A DNA stretch of 64,000 nucleotides from a virus: positions 115,648 through 179,647 of the IMG/VR virus record IMGVR_UViG_3300026097_000805. One strand, given 5' to 3'. The translations under genes and the position numbers were made by a program. Under the pieces are notes generated by a model, which was not told the DNA's origin, made no database searches, and worked only from the letters and a program-made list of their open reading frames with translations. Shown here piece after piece: positions 16,173-25,447 of the stretch (position 1 is its first letter; each line of letters begins with the position of its first letter).

Positions 16173-17018
16173 TTACTTAGAATTGATCCAATCAATAATG
16201 GATTCGGTATTGCCAACAAATACTCTATCTTCGTAGCCTGTCAATAGTTCGCGATGTTCGTCGATAAATTTTTCTGCATAGCCGCCGTCTAAGGTATCTA
16301 CGAAGTAAGTTTTTTCGTTTGGATGCTTGTCAATATATTTTCTAACTTCTGCAAGGAAATATTTTGATTCTTTGATCTGGTGGCCTTGTCCGCCACCTGC
16401 AACGTGCGCAAATTTAGCAAAGTCCATAATTGTAATATCTCCTTTAGTCATTCTAAAGTCAATACTACGTGCCTTTGTATATTCATCCGAAGCAACATCT
16501 GATGCATTGTCATAAACCCACTCACCGTCTTTAAGAGTTAAGTGTCCGGCTGCTAAATTTTCTACATTCCAATCTGGCAGATATTTTTGACGAATAGCAA
16601 ATTGTACTCGCTCATCTGAAGTTTGTCTATTTGGCTCACGACACAATTGAAGTTGCAGTTCAAGTGGCCCATCCACTACAGTTTTTGCTAAACGAGAAAT
16701 CATATCCAATGTGACGGATGCCTCGTCGTCAGTTGCTGCTTCGTAGCCTGGATATCCTTGATACAATCTTATTATTTGCGCTGTTAATTTATCTCCGCGA
16801 GCCCATACTTCTTTCAAAGATGTGTCTACTACCTCCTTTGTATTACCATTTTTATAAACTTTGGTTTTTGTAGGTTTATTTAAGGAATTCATAGGATGGT
16901 CAATAAGGACTTTAAATAAATCCATATCAGCTTGTCGATTCTCTTCTCGAGATTTGCGTCTAATCCGCATAATCTCTTTTTCACCGTGTTTACTTTCTAT
17001 AATAAGCTGGTTAGACAT
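16173..17018 (-). CDS. Hypothetical protein, possible type II restriction endonuclease
   Basis: Directly upstream of the MTase; SIDF...FAK and GGGQGHQ are reminiscent of PD-(D/E)xK nucleases. Confidence 0.4.
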   Translation of the reverse strand: MSNQLIIESKHGEKEIMRIRRKSREENRQADMDLFKVLIDHPMNSLNKPTKTKVYKNGNTKEVVDTSLKEVWARGDKLTAQIIRLYQGYPGYEAATDDEASVTLDMISRLAKTVVDGPLELQLQLCREPNRQTSDERVQFAIRQKYLPDWNVENLAAGHLTLKDGEWVYDNASDVASDEYTKARSIDFRMTKGDITIMDFAKFAHVAGGGQGHQIKESKYFLAEVRKYIDKHPNEKTYFVDTLDGGYAEKFIDEHRELLTGYEDRVFVGNTESIIDWINSK

Positions 17019-17070
17019 TAGATTCTCTTTTCTTTAGTGTGTTTACAGTATAACACTTATTTGGTATCTG

Positions 17071-17505
17071 TCAACCTACTTGTGTCCATTTTAGATGTCC
17101 GAGACGTTCTTGTTCAGCCCAACGGATAAAAAGACCAACTTCGCGTCCGTGTGCTTCGATCTCCCAAGGAAGATCCCAGTAGCTTACTTTCTTAGGATTG
17201 TATGTTTTACCCATCCAAATATTAGCGTCTGGGTGTAGTTCACGCCTAGCATACTGCTTTACATGTACCATTTCGTGTGCAACTGTTTCTAGCAATTTCC
17301 GCAGTCTAAGTGTGCGATCTACTTCGATCTCAAACTCACGGTTGCTGTCTAGCTCTAGGCAATAGCCCATTGCACCTTTGGGAGAACATAGTTTTACAGT
17401 GATGTCTAGTGTGCGCATACGTGGCATCATTGTGGTAATACAAAAGTTTACCATGCTTTCTACGTATTTGCGTTGTTTGAGTTTTCCGCCAACTACTGTA
17501 ATCAT
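17071..17505 (-). CDS. Zinc metallopeptidase-like protein
   Basis: AHEMVHVKQ (HExxH) and PWEIEA. Confidence 0.8.
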   Translation of the reverse strand: MITVVGGKLKQRKYVESMVNFCITTMMPRMRTLDITVKLCSPKGAMGYCLELDSNREFEIEVDRTLRLRKLLETVAHEMVHVKQYARRELHPDANIWMGKTYNPKKVSYWDLPWEIEAHGREVGLFIRWAEQERLGHLKWTQVG

Positions 17506-17574
17506 TTTGTGCCCTTTGTTGCTACATCTACTATTATAGCTTCTGCAGTTATTTTGTCAAGCACTAAATTAGCA

Positions 17575-17793
17575 TTACATTCTAAAAATTATTCTGCCTC
17601 TTTCGAGGTCATACGGGCTCATTTCTACTTTTACCCGATCGCCTTGTACTAATCGTATTTTGAATTTCTTCATTTTACCACCAGTATATGCTGTTATAAT
17701 ATGATCATTATCAAACTTTACTTTGAACATTTGGTTAGGGAGAATATCTATTATTTCTCCCTCGTATTCTATAAGGTCTTTATCCTTCGCCAT
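17575..17793 (-). CDS. infA: Translation initiation factor IF-1
   Basis: [19 protein letters not shown]...[33 protein letters not shown]. Confidence 0.95.
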   Translation of the reverse strand: MAKDKDLIEYEGEIIDILPNQMFKVKFDNDHIITAYTGGKMKKFKIRLVQGDRVKVEMSPYDLERGRIIFRM

Positions 17794-17992
17794 CCGACTC
17801 CTCTTCTTCGATAACCTTTTCTATTACTACAGTACCTTTATCTCCCCACAAAATCCTAATATTATCACCAGGTTCAAGTCCTGCTTCTTTTGCGATTTCA
17901 TCTGGAATTTTCATATTGACATTTTTTGGATCATCAGGGATGTCTTCAAATATTTCTTCTGCTTTATAGATAAATCTTTTAGCTTCGCTCAT
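17780..17992 (-). CDS. AbrB/MazE-like small DNA-binding protein
   Basis: [17 protein letters not shown]. Confidence 0.6.
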   Translation of the reverse strand: MSEAKRFIYKAEEIFEDIPDDPKNVNMKIPDEIAKEAGLEPGDNIRILWGDKGTVVIEKVIEEEESDGEG

Positions 17993-18018
17993 TGGTTTCT
18001 CCTATGCTAAATATTTAT

Positions 18019-18444
18019 ATGAAGGACGCATATACTACAGCCTTCTATGATGTTGTAAAAGATACTCAAGCAACCAGCGGTATGGATTTACCACATCACG
18101 TAGAGGCCTATATTGTGATGTTGTTAAGCGACTATATAGATCGTTTTGACATTCCACCTGAATCAACATTTGCGGAGATGTTCCTTACTCTTCGCGACAG
18201 TCAGCAAGCCAAACAATTGGGCGATACTTGTCTTATTGTAAGCGGAGCATTTCCTCGCCTTAAAGCACGTCACGGTCTTAATCGTAGATACTATCAAGAT
18301 ATCGGTTCCACATCATACGAAATGGCTAGTGGGATGAACGAAGAACTGTTCCCTGTACTAGCCAAACATTTTGTATTTCTAAGTGAGTTCATAGAGCTTG
18401 CTGTTAATTCGCCCAAACTGCCGCAGAATAACCTTTTCCGTTAG
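18019..18444 (+). CDS. Conserved hypothetical protein (lone plus-strand gene)
   Basis: Start MKDAY; LGDTCLIVSG...YYQDIGSTSY. Confidence 0.7.
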   Translation: MKDAYTTAFYDVVKDTQATSGMDLPHHVEAYIVMLLSDYIDRFDIPPESTFAEMFLTLRDSQQAKQLGDTCLIVSGAFPRLKARHGLNRRYYQDIGSTSYEMASGMNEELFPVLAKHFVFLSEFIELAVNSPKLPQNNLFR

Positions 18445-19123
18445 TATCGCCGCCGTAGTTTTCTACTTCGACACCGTCGTAGTGTACTTCAGTAATAGTG
18501 TCTTCACCGTTTAGATATTCCGTAGTATAGACCATTAGCTTCTTAGGATCAAAGTCTCCCACAGTTTCAATCACGCCGTCAAAGAATCCACCTTTCTCTG
18601 CTGAGTACAACTGTGCAATATATTCTACACCTTCTGGATCATCGTCACAACAGCCCATTTCAATAATTTCGACTGTGTCGTCTGATTCTTCCAAAACACG
18701 CTCGTTAAGCTCTGATATATCTTCGTTGTAGATAACGTCTGCAATGTGATCTGAATCGTGCGAAACTTCGTCTACTGTAATATATGCACTGCCGTAAGAT
18801 GCACCATAGGTGTGTTCAAACTCTGTGTGTGATTCATACCAAGGACGCTTGTACATCTCATCTTCTGGATCGTTTAGAAACTGTGCTTCTTCTGGCACAG
18901 TGTCAATACCTTCAAAATCACACTCGTCTACGTGATCAGATACCATATACTCTACAAGATCATGGTCGCCATGCTCTTCTACAATAGGTTGCCAAAAGTC
19001 GTGTGCGGCTTTTGAAATACTCATGTAGGCACCTTCACCACCGTATCCGCCAATTGTGACACGATAGTAGCGAGGACCGCTCAGTGTATCTACTAGTTCT
19101 TGTTTCTCTTCTGATGTTGCCAT
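18404..19123 (-). CDS. Acidic hypothetical protein
   Basis: Start MATSEE. Confidence 0.7.
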   Translation of the reverse strand: MATSEEKQELVDTLSGPRYYRVTIGGYGGEGAYMSISKAAHDFWQPIVEEHGDHDLVEYMVSDHVDECDFEGIDTVPEEAQFLNDPEDEMYKRPWYESHTEFEHTYGASYGSAYITVDEVSHDSDHIADVIYNEDISELNERVLEESDDTVEIIEMGCCDDDPEGVEYIAQLYSAEKGGFFDGVIETVGDFDPKKLMVYTTEYLNGEDTITEVHYDGVEVENYGGDTNGKGYSAAVWAN

Positions 19124-19124
19124 C

Positions 19125-19664
19125 TTATAACTCCATATCAGCGGCGACAATATATCGCCATTCTTTCTTTTCTAAAATACCTGGACGATGCCAGCTCTTG
19201 CCAGGGAATATAATCCACTGGCCTAGTTTTGCAGGAGCATAGAAGTGTCCATCACTTTCTGGCCCCATGAGTGCAAATTCTGTGCCTGATGTTTCTAGAT
19301 CGGTACCTTCAGGAATATGTAGATAGTATACGCCGCTTAATACTAAACTGTCTTGTCTAATATGTTGATGCCAGTATGTGTTGCGGTCTTCTTGTGTGTC
19401 AACGTTGGTTTTGTATCCCCAACTCTTGATGGTTTTAATTTGACGCTCTTGCTTCATGTATGCAAAAGCACTCCAGATAAAACTCATCTTTAGATTGTTC
19501 CAGTCCTCACCTGGTAAGCCAAACACATTTACATCTGTTTGATAAGGTGGGCTGTTCTTCCAATACTTGCCCTGTTCTACAAGGCTGTGTATATCCTGTG
19601 CCATACGCTCTCTTGCGCTAGCATTGATAAGAGAAGTCCAGTCGTAGTATTCATATTCAATCAT
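19125..19664 (-). CDS. Putative 2OG-Fe(II) oxygenase
   Basis: WHQH, LSGVYYL, GT.F, IIFPG..WH.P. Confidence 0.75.
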   Translation of the reverse strand: MIEYEYYDWTSLINASARERMAQDIHSLVEQGKYWKNSPPYQTDVNVFGLPGEDWNNLKMSFIWSAFAYMKQERQIKTIKSWGYKTNVDTQEDRNTYWHQHIRQDSLVLSGVYYLHIPEGTDLETSGTEFALMGPESDGHFYAPAKLGQWIIFPGKSWHRPGILEKKEWRYIVAADMEL

Positions 19665-19703
19665 AATATTATACTAACAGACTGGACTAGATTTGTCAAC
19701 CGT

Positions 19704-20249
19704 TTATTTTAAATGTTGTGCTGACTGTAGATATGCTACCATATTTTCTGGAGTAGTTTCTCCGTACGGATCTTCGTCTGTGCCTTCGTTGTTGATACCA
19801 GGTTCCTGCCACCACTTCTCTACAACGCCGTCATTGAACACTGCCATGTAGCGCCATGAACGCAATCCAAAGCCCAAGTGGTTCTTACCAATCAACATAC
19901 CCATAAAGCGAGTAAAGTTGCCTGATCCATCTGGAATAACTTTTACGTTTTGAATATCCTGTTGCTTGGCCCATGCATTCATAACAAAAGCATCGTTTAC
20001 ACTGATACAATAGACTTCGTCAACACCCATTGATTTAATTTCTTCGTACTTTTCTTCAAAGCCTGGAAGTTGGTATGTTGAGCAAGTTGGAGTAAATGCA
20101 CCTGGTAGGCTGAATACTGCTACACGCTTGCCTTTTAAAATGCTATCGCTGGTCACGTCTTCCCAACGAAATGGGTTAGGTCCGCCAATGCTTTCATCGC
20201 GAACACGAGTTTTGAACACCACACATGGTGCCTTAAATCCTTCAATCAT
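19704..20249 (-). CDS. Peroxiredoxin (Prx5/AhpC-TSA family)
   Basis: FSLPGAFTPTCS, SVNDAFVM, RSWRY. Confidence 0.95.
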   Translation of the reverse strand: MIEGFKAPCVVFKTRVRDESIGGPNPFRWEDVTSDSILKGKRVAVFSLPGAFTPTCSTYQLPGFEEKYEEIKSMGVDEVYCISVNDAFVMNAWAKQQDIQNVKVIPDGSGNFTRFMGMLIGKNHLGFGLRSWRYMAVFNDGVVEKWWQEPGINNEGTDEDPYGETTPENMVAYLQSAQHLK

Positions 20250-20296
20250 ACTGTGTGTCTCCTTGAGTTAGTGGACATCCTTGTCCACATTGTATG

Positions 20297-20731
20297 CTAT
20301 GCGTTTTCTTCTTTGTAGGCTGCTAATGTTTTAGTAAACTTATTAGCATGAGAACGTTCTGCTTTGGCTAGTGTTTCAAACCAATCTGCGATCTCATCAT
20401 ACCCTTCGTCACGAGCTGTCTTAGCCATTCCTGGGTACATGTCTGTATATTCATGTGTCTCTCCTGAAATAGCACTTTCAAGAGCTTCTTCTACAGACTT
20501 AGCTGGAAGCCCAGTTTCTGGATCACCAGAACCACCTTCAATTAGGTATTCCATGTGACCGTGTGCGTGACCAGTCTCGCCTTCTGCTGTATTACGAAAT
20601 ACATTGGCTACATCTGGTGCGCCTTGAATATCTGCTTCGTTTGCAAAGTAGAGATAACGACGATTGGCTTTTGATTCGCCTGCGAAAGCATCTTTCAATG
20701 CCTGTTCTGTTTTAGTACCTTTTAGGCTCAT
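20297..20731 (-). CDS. Rubrerythrin (short ferritin-like form)
   Basis: [38 protein letters not shown]. Confidence 0.95.
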   Translation of the reverse strand: MSLKGTKTEQALKDAFAGESKANRRYLYFANEADIQGAPDVANVFRNTAEGETGHAHGHMEYLIEGGSGDPETGLPAKSVEEALESAISGETHEYTDMYPGMAKTARDEGYDEIADWFETLAKAERSHANKFTKTLAAYKEENA

Positions 20732-20764
20732 AGTTTCCTCCTTTTGTTGTAAAACTACATGTAT

Positions 20765-20851
20765 ATTATACAGAGTATTTACATAGAAATCAACTATAAA
20801 ATGCGTGGTTTATAATGTTATTTTTAAATAGACCTAATAGACTAAATCTAT
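20765..20851 (-). promoter_or_regulatory. Promoter with two ATAG-N7-CTAT (OxyR/LysR-type) boxes
   Basis: TTGATT-17bp-TATAAT; ATAG-N7-CTAT at 20783-20797 and 20837-20851. Confidence 0.5.
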
Positions 20852-21285
20852 TTTGCAAAAGCAACCAGTCCCCAAATGCCAAATCCTATCAGCGCAACCA
20901 CGCCCACAACTGCACCAACTATGATCAAAGTGTTTTGAAGTGCAGCTTTTCTTTTCATCTTGGCACGCTTCTTTTGTTTCTCTTCTTCTTCACGAGATTT
21001 TTTCATGTCTGATTGAAACTTTAACCAATCATCCCACATGCCGCCGCGACCTTGATAGATCATCATGTTCTTCAACTCTTCTTCTTGTTTCTTGAGTTGT
21101 TCAGCGGCCATGAACGCTTGCAGATCACTTTTGTATCCGTGTTCATGTGCTTTCTTTTGTATTTCGGTTTTCAGTCCGAAGTATTCCGCGACTGCTTCAC
21201 CAGCCTCGTATATTTCTTTGCCGTTCTGTATGCTTTGTTTGATGACGTCAAACGCGGCATTAGCGGCTGCTAATTCAGCGATCAT
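20848..21285 (-). CDS. Hypothetical protein with C-terminal TM anchor
   Basis: Start MIAELAAA after GGAGG. Confidence 0.75.
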   Translation of the reverse strand: MIAELAAANAAFDVIKQSIQNGKEIYEAGEAVAEYFGLKTEIQKKAHEHGYKSDLQAFMAAEQLKKQEEELKNMMIYQGRGGMWDDWLKFQSDMKKSREEEEKQKKRAKMKRKAALQNTLIIVGAVVGVVALIGFGIWGLVAFAK

Positions 21286-21316
21286 AGTGGTGCCCTCCTC
21301 CACTAATACTATTTAT

Positions 21317-21853
21317 CTACACACTGCTCTCTCTACGAATGCTCAAAGCACGATGAGCAGGATATAGCTCTATGCTAACCTTGTTGTTTTGATTGCCGCC
21401 TAGTATCCTATAATACTTTACGTTTCCAATAATAACCTCGCCAAAATAAAATCCAACATGCCCCTGCCAAGATACATTACCTCTGGGGAATACTACAATG
21501 TCTCCTGTGCGAGGTTCATCAACTTCTGTGCCCCAATGGAGGAAGCTTCTAGCTGTAAGAGGATATTCACTTACACTACTACTTCCATCTATGCCGCTGT
21601 CACGCAACACCGCATTTACGAATGCCGCACACCACTCTGTGCGCACAGGATCTACTCCAGTGAGATCTTTCAATTCTGTTCTATGGCTGTATTCTCCATA
21701 GTCCAAATATTGAAATGCTATCATTGCGGTATGTAGTGCAGGTTCAGGCTTTTCAAAAAAAGGACGACTCTGCGGGAAAGGTATTTGGTCGCTAGGAGCT
21801 TCAGCGGAGCTACATCCTGCCAACAGCATCAATGATAAAAGTAAAGACCTCAT
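21317..21853 (-). CDS. NlpC/P60-CHAP-like peptidoglycan hydrolase lipoprotein (TIGR02594-like)
   Basis: Lipobox LAGC; WCAAFV, GDIVVF, GHVGF, LGGNQ. Confidence 0.88.
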   Translation of the reverse strand: MRSLLLSLMLLAGCSSAEAPSDQIPFPQSRPFFEKPEPALHTAMIAFQYLDYGEYSHRTELKDLTGVDPVRTEWCAAFVNAVLRDSGIDGSSSVSEYPLTARSFLHWGTEVDEPRTGDIVVFPRGNVSWQGHVGFYFGEVIIGNVKYYRILGGNQNNKVSIELYPAHRALSIRRESSV

Positions 21854-21864
21854 TATTCAATCCT

Positions 21865-22500
21865 TTACATATCATTCAAAGGATTATCAAGTGCTTCTTG
21901 TAGCAACTCTCTAATGTCTTTGTCCAGCTGACGCATGTCTTCGTCTATACGACCTTCAGTTGTTCGCATTGTATCACGCACATCTTTTTCAGTTTCTCTG
22001 TTAAGACTTTCAACTTCACGGATGCTTTGTGCAACATCCTTCTCAACTTGATTCATATCGTTGCGTACACCTTCAAGTGTTGCTTCAATGCTTGCCTGTG
22101 CTGCTTTTACGCGAGCTTCTGACTCATCTACTTTGTCTTCCATTCTGTCTACTGCTTGTTCAGTTTTTAGAATATCATCACGTAGTCCGTCTTTGATGTC
22201 GCGAGTGTAATCAACTGCTTCTTCCAATTTGATTTCAATTAGAGACATTCTTTCATCGTAGCTTGCCATAAGCTCTTGATACTCTTGCTGTTGATCAACA
22301 AACGCTATTGCTTCTTCAATTTTTTGATACATCAAGAAGCCCCCATATAGTGAACCAATTACAGCACCAATTACACTTACAAGTGCTGTTGCACTTACGA
22401 ACGTCACTTTTATACCAAACACACGAAACTCTTTGTTCTTTAGATTTTCTATGCCCTCTTCCATATTTTCTAGGCTTTCACCTAAGTCTTTGTCAGCCAT
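21865..22500 (-). CDS. Membrane-anchored coiled-coil protein
   Basis: TM at ~30-55 aa followed by long heptads. Confidence 0.75.
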   Translation of the reverse strand: MADKDLGESLENMEEGIENLKNKEFRVFGIKVTFVSATALVSVIGAVIGSLYGGFLMYQKIEEAIAFVDQQQEYQELMASYDERMSLIEIKLEEAVDYTRDIKDGLRDDILKTEQAVDRMEDKVDESEARVKAAQASIEATLEGVRNDMNQVEKDVAQSIREVESLNRETEKDVRDTMRTTEGRIDEDMRQLDKDIRELLQEALDNPLNDM

Positions 22501-22515
22501 TGCCCTCTCCTTAAA

Positions 22516-22893
22516 TTAGAAACGCTTTTGTGTTCCTATAACAATTCCTCTATCAAAACTGCCATCTGGTTGTACTTGTCCACCTGGCATTGCCCATATA
22601 GTTAAACTATCTGTGACTTCATACCCTAAACGCACAAATGGTGTCATAGGTATATCAAATTCTTCTTGTATTCCATCGTAGCCAGTTGCCCATCCTAGCT
22701 CAATAAAACTGTCATCTGTAAAGTTCCAACTCTTTTTAGCATACAAACTAACATTGCTTTCGCTGTTGTATGTGACACCAACAGCATAATGACTCTGCGT
22801 TTCATATTCTACAAAAGGATGATACTTGTTAAATTCAGCGTCATTAAAGCCTGCGTGTATGCTTAGTGCTAGTCCAAAACTAATAGGATCCAT
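22516..22893 (-). CDS. Putative outer-membrane beta-barrel-like protein
   Basis: Alternating beta-strand pattern, C-terminal Phe. Confidence 0.5.
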   Translation of the reverse strand: MDPISFGLALSIHAGFNDAEFNKYHPFVEYETQSHYAVGVTYNSESNVSLYAKKSWNFTDDSFIELGWATGYDGIQEEFDIPMTPFVRLGYEVTDSLTIWAMPGGQVQPDGSFDRGIVIGTQKRF

Positions 22894-23053
22894 TTTTCAT
22901 TCCTTTATATTCTTTATTTAATTCGCCCTTAAGAATACGCTTTTCTACTTTAAAGGCAGTGTTGTCCTTTGTACTGCGTGTTTCGTATTCGCCAGTATTT
23001 ACCCATTCGCTGGTCCAATAAACCACAGGAGATTTTTTAGTTTTGTTTCTCAT
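22880..23053 (-). CDS. Hypothetical protein
   Basis: Start MRNKTKK. Confidence 0.55.
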   Translation of the reverse strand: MRNKTKKSPVVYWTSEWVNTGEYETRSTKDNTAFKVEKRILKGELNKEYKGMKNGSY

Positions 23054-23199
23054 TGATAGTTCCTTGTCCAAGCTGGTGTTCTGCCAAGATCTTTATAATC
23101 AGATACCGCTATACCTATCCATCCCCAAGCATGTCCTACAGCTACGCCGCCAAGTAAGCCTACTATTACAATAATCAGAGCCAGTAAATTAGTTCTCAT
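23050..23199 (-). CDS. Small membrane protein (49 aa)
   Basis: Manual translation MRTNLLALII... Confidence 0.5.
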   Translation of the reverse strand: MRTNLLALIIVIVGLLGGVAVGHAWGWIGIAVSDYKDLGRTPAWTRNYQ

Positions 23200-25447
23200 A
23201 CTGACTCCTCACCATTTGTCTGTGTAGTGCATCACTTGCACCATTAAACAGTCCTGCTCTTGGGTTGTCATATGTTTTTTGATCTTCGTACACACCTTGA
23301 TCATTGTATATGTCGCCACCTGGCATTTGTGGCTGTTGATATGCTCTAAAGTTTGGATTGTATCCTAGCAGTGCTGCTTGTGCATCTTCGTCATCTGATC
23401 CTGCTAGTGCTTCTGCTACCAGTGCATCCTCTTGTGCGTTCTGCGATTCAACTGATGCTTCAGCACTTTCTTCTGCTGTTTCCTCTGCGTCTGCTACAGC
23501 TTGTGTAATCAAAGTTGATGTTATATCATTTATTATTTGATTGATAGGGTTAGTAGGATCGTTAAGCATTGCCAGTTGTGTTAGTGCTTCATTTGATGTA
23601 GCAAGGTCTTGTTCGCCTGTGATGTCATTGGTTTCAACTGCGCCGCCGCTTGCTAATGGATTGCTGTCTTGTGCAGTTTGTCCTGTGCTTGCGAAGTCAG
23701 TAGAGCCAAACGAATCATTTGACTGCGATCCGTTGTTTGATCCTGTTGCACCATTTTGTGATTCACCATTGTCTGACCCACTGGCAAAACTTTGTCCACC
23801 GTTTGAGTTAGAACCAAACTCAAAGTTGCTTCCGCCTTGAATGCCGCCATTTGCACTTGTGCTGCCCGTAGGATCTACACTTGTTAGTGTGCTGCTTACA
23901 CCGCCAGACTCAGACAAGCCAATGCCTGCGCTTGCTTGTGCCGCTGCTGTGCTTGATGATACAGCACTGTTGGCTACATTGTTAGCCGCATCTAATGCAC
24001 TTAACTGTGTTGCGTTTAATCCTGTGCCCGCTGACTTTGTTTCGTCTGATGCTTCTGTGGTTGCTTGTTCAGTTGTTTCTTGTACAGGATCTGGTGTTGC
24101 TTCTGCTACTGCTTCTTGTACAGGATCTGGTTCTCCTGTTGCTTCTGCTACTGGATCTGACATTCCGTTGTCTGAGCCCGTATCTGAACCGTCATCTATA
24201 ACTGCACCAGTTGCGTCAGCAAGTTGTTCAGTGGTTCCCGTAGTATCGTCAAATGTTCCTGTACTACCATCGTTTGCAGTAGTTTGCACACTTGCGACTG
24301 CTCCAGTGTTTACATCATCTATTGTGTTGGTGCTTGCAATCTGTGCCATCATAGCATCATTGTATCCAGGACATGCAGGATCGTATAGCGGATCTGCAAT
24401 GCACTGACTGGTTAACAAAGTATCTTCAACCGTAGTATCTTCTGCCGCAGGATTGCCTGTGTATCTGTAATTCAGTTTGATTGAAGGATTTGCAAACTCT
24501 GGACCATAGTATCCTGCCCAGTATCCCAAATCTCTACCAGTCACGCTCAGTTCAATCTCTGACAGCGTATTTACATCAAACGGGTTAGCGAATGTTTCTT
24601 CTCCACTAACAGTTGTCCATTGTTCTATATATTGACTGTAGTCATAGGTTTTAGAAAAAACTGCGTTTCCTTGTGTATCACGGATAACAACTTCCACATA
24701 AAAAGTATCAGGAGTGTTTCTACCATTACCACTGTCTTTGTAGCCAGCATCTATGTTCTTCACGCTCCACGAATAGTTGTAGCCTGTTGCTTCTACGCCT
24801 GCTTCTTCTAGTGCGATGTTTATTGCGGCGAGGTTTGTTAGCGTTTGTTGGACATATCCAAAGTTAATCTGTCCATCCGCCGCACCAACGTATTGATCGT
24901 TAATAGTAGGACATGATCCGCCTGAAGTTCCGCCCCATCCTTGATTGAGAGTATAACATCCATCCCAATACTGAGAAGTGTCGCCCATTAAGTCACCTGT
25001 CTGCATTACTATTTGATCTGGAAAGCCGTTGGTCCAGTCCATTTTGTCAATTTGTACATATGAGTAAGTTGAGTCCACTGCTCTATCTTTACAGATATCT
25101 GAACGACCTATATATACTTGGTTTACATCATCACGAATGCAGATGTATTCATTTCCTAGCACACCGTCTGTGCCAGTTGTAAATCCTTCACTATAAAAAT
25201 ACTCACCAACCTCATATCCTTGTTTGATCAACAGTTCAGTTAGGTCAGCAAGGTCTGTGTATTGACTATTTGCAAACGGGTTTTCTTTAGAATAAGTAGG
25301 AGTTGGCTCAGCAGTCTGAGTCGTAGTAGGCTCAGCCATAGCAGGTTCTTGGTAAGTCTCTTGCGCTAGTGCAGGATTATATGCCCAGAAGCAGAGTAAG
25401 CAAGCCAGCAGCAAGGATACCTTGGACTGCACCTTCAACTTTATCAT
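23189..25447 (-). CDS. Large secreted/virion protein with Ala/Thr/Ser/Gly-rich low-complexity half
   Basis: Signal-peptide-like N-terminus; carbohydrate-binding-like central region; PVQEAVAEAT repeats. Confidence 0.75.
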   Translation of the reverse strand: MIKLKVQSKVSLLLACLLCFWAYNPALAQETYQEPAMAEPTTTQTAEPTPTYSKENPFANSQYTDLADLTELLIKQGYEVGEYFYSEGFTTGTDGVLGNEYICIRDDVNQVYIGRSDICKDRAVDSTYSYVQIDKMDWTNGFPDQIVMQTGDLMGDTSQYWDGCYTLNQGWGGTSGGSCPTINDQYVGAADGQINFGYVQQTLTNLAAINIALEEAGVEATGYNYSWSVKNIDAGYKDSGNGRNTPDTFYVEVVIRDTQGNAVFSKTYDYSQYIEQWTTVSGEETFANPFDVNTLSEIELSVTGRDLGYWAGYYGPEFANPSIKLNYRYTGNPAAEDTTVEDTLLTSQCIADPLYDPACPGYNDAMMAQIASTNTIDDVNTGAVASVQTTANDGSTGTFDDTTGTTEQLADATGAVIDDGSDTGSDNGMSDPVAEATGEPDPVQEAVAEATPDPVQETTEQATTEASDETKSAGTGLNATQLSALDAANNVANSAVSSSTAAAQASAGIGLSESGGVSSTLTSVDPTGSTSANGGIQGGSNFEFGSNSNGGQSFASGSDNGESQNGATGSNNGSQSNDSFGSTDFASTGQTAQDSNPLASGGAVETNDITGEQDLATSNEALTQLAMLNDPTNPINQIINDITSTLITQAVADAEETAEESAEASVESQNAQEDALVAEALAGSDDEDAQAALLGYNPNFRAYQQPQMPGGDIYNDQGVYEDQKTYDNPRAGLFNGASDALHRQMVRSQYEN

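Noticed and set aside
19668-19699. Sigma70 promoter upstream of the 2OG oxygenase
   Set aside because: TTGACA to TATAAT spacing is 20 bp, too long to call confidently.
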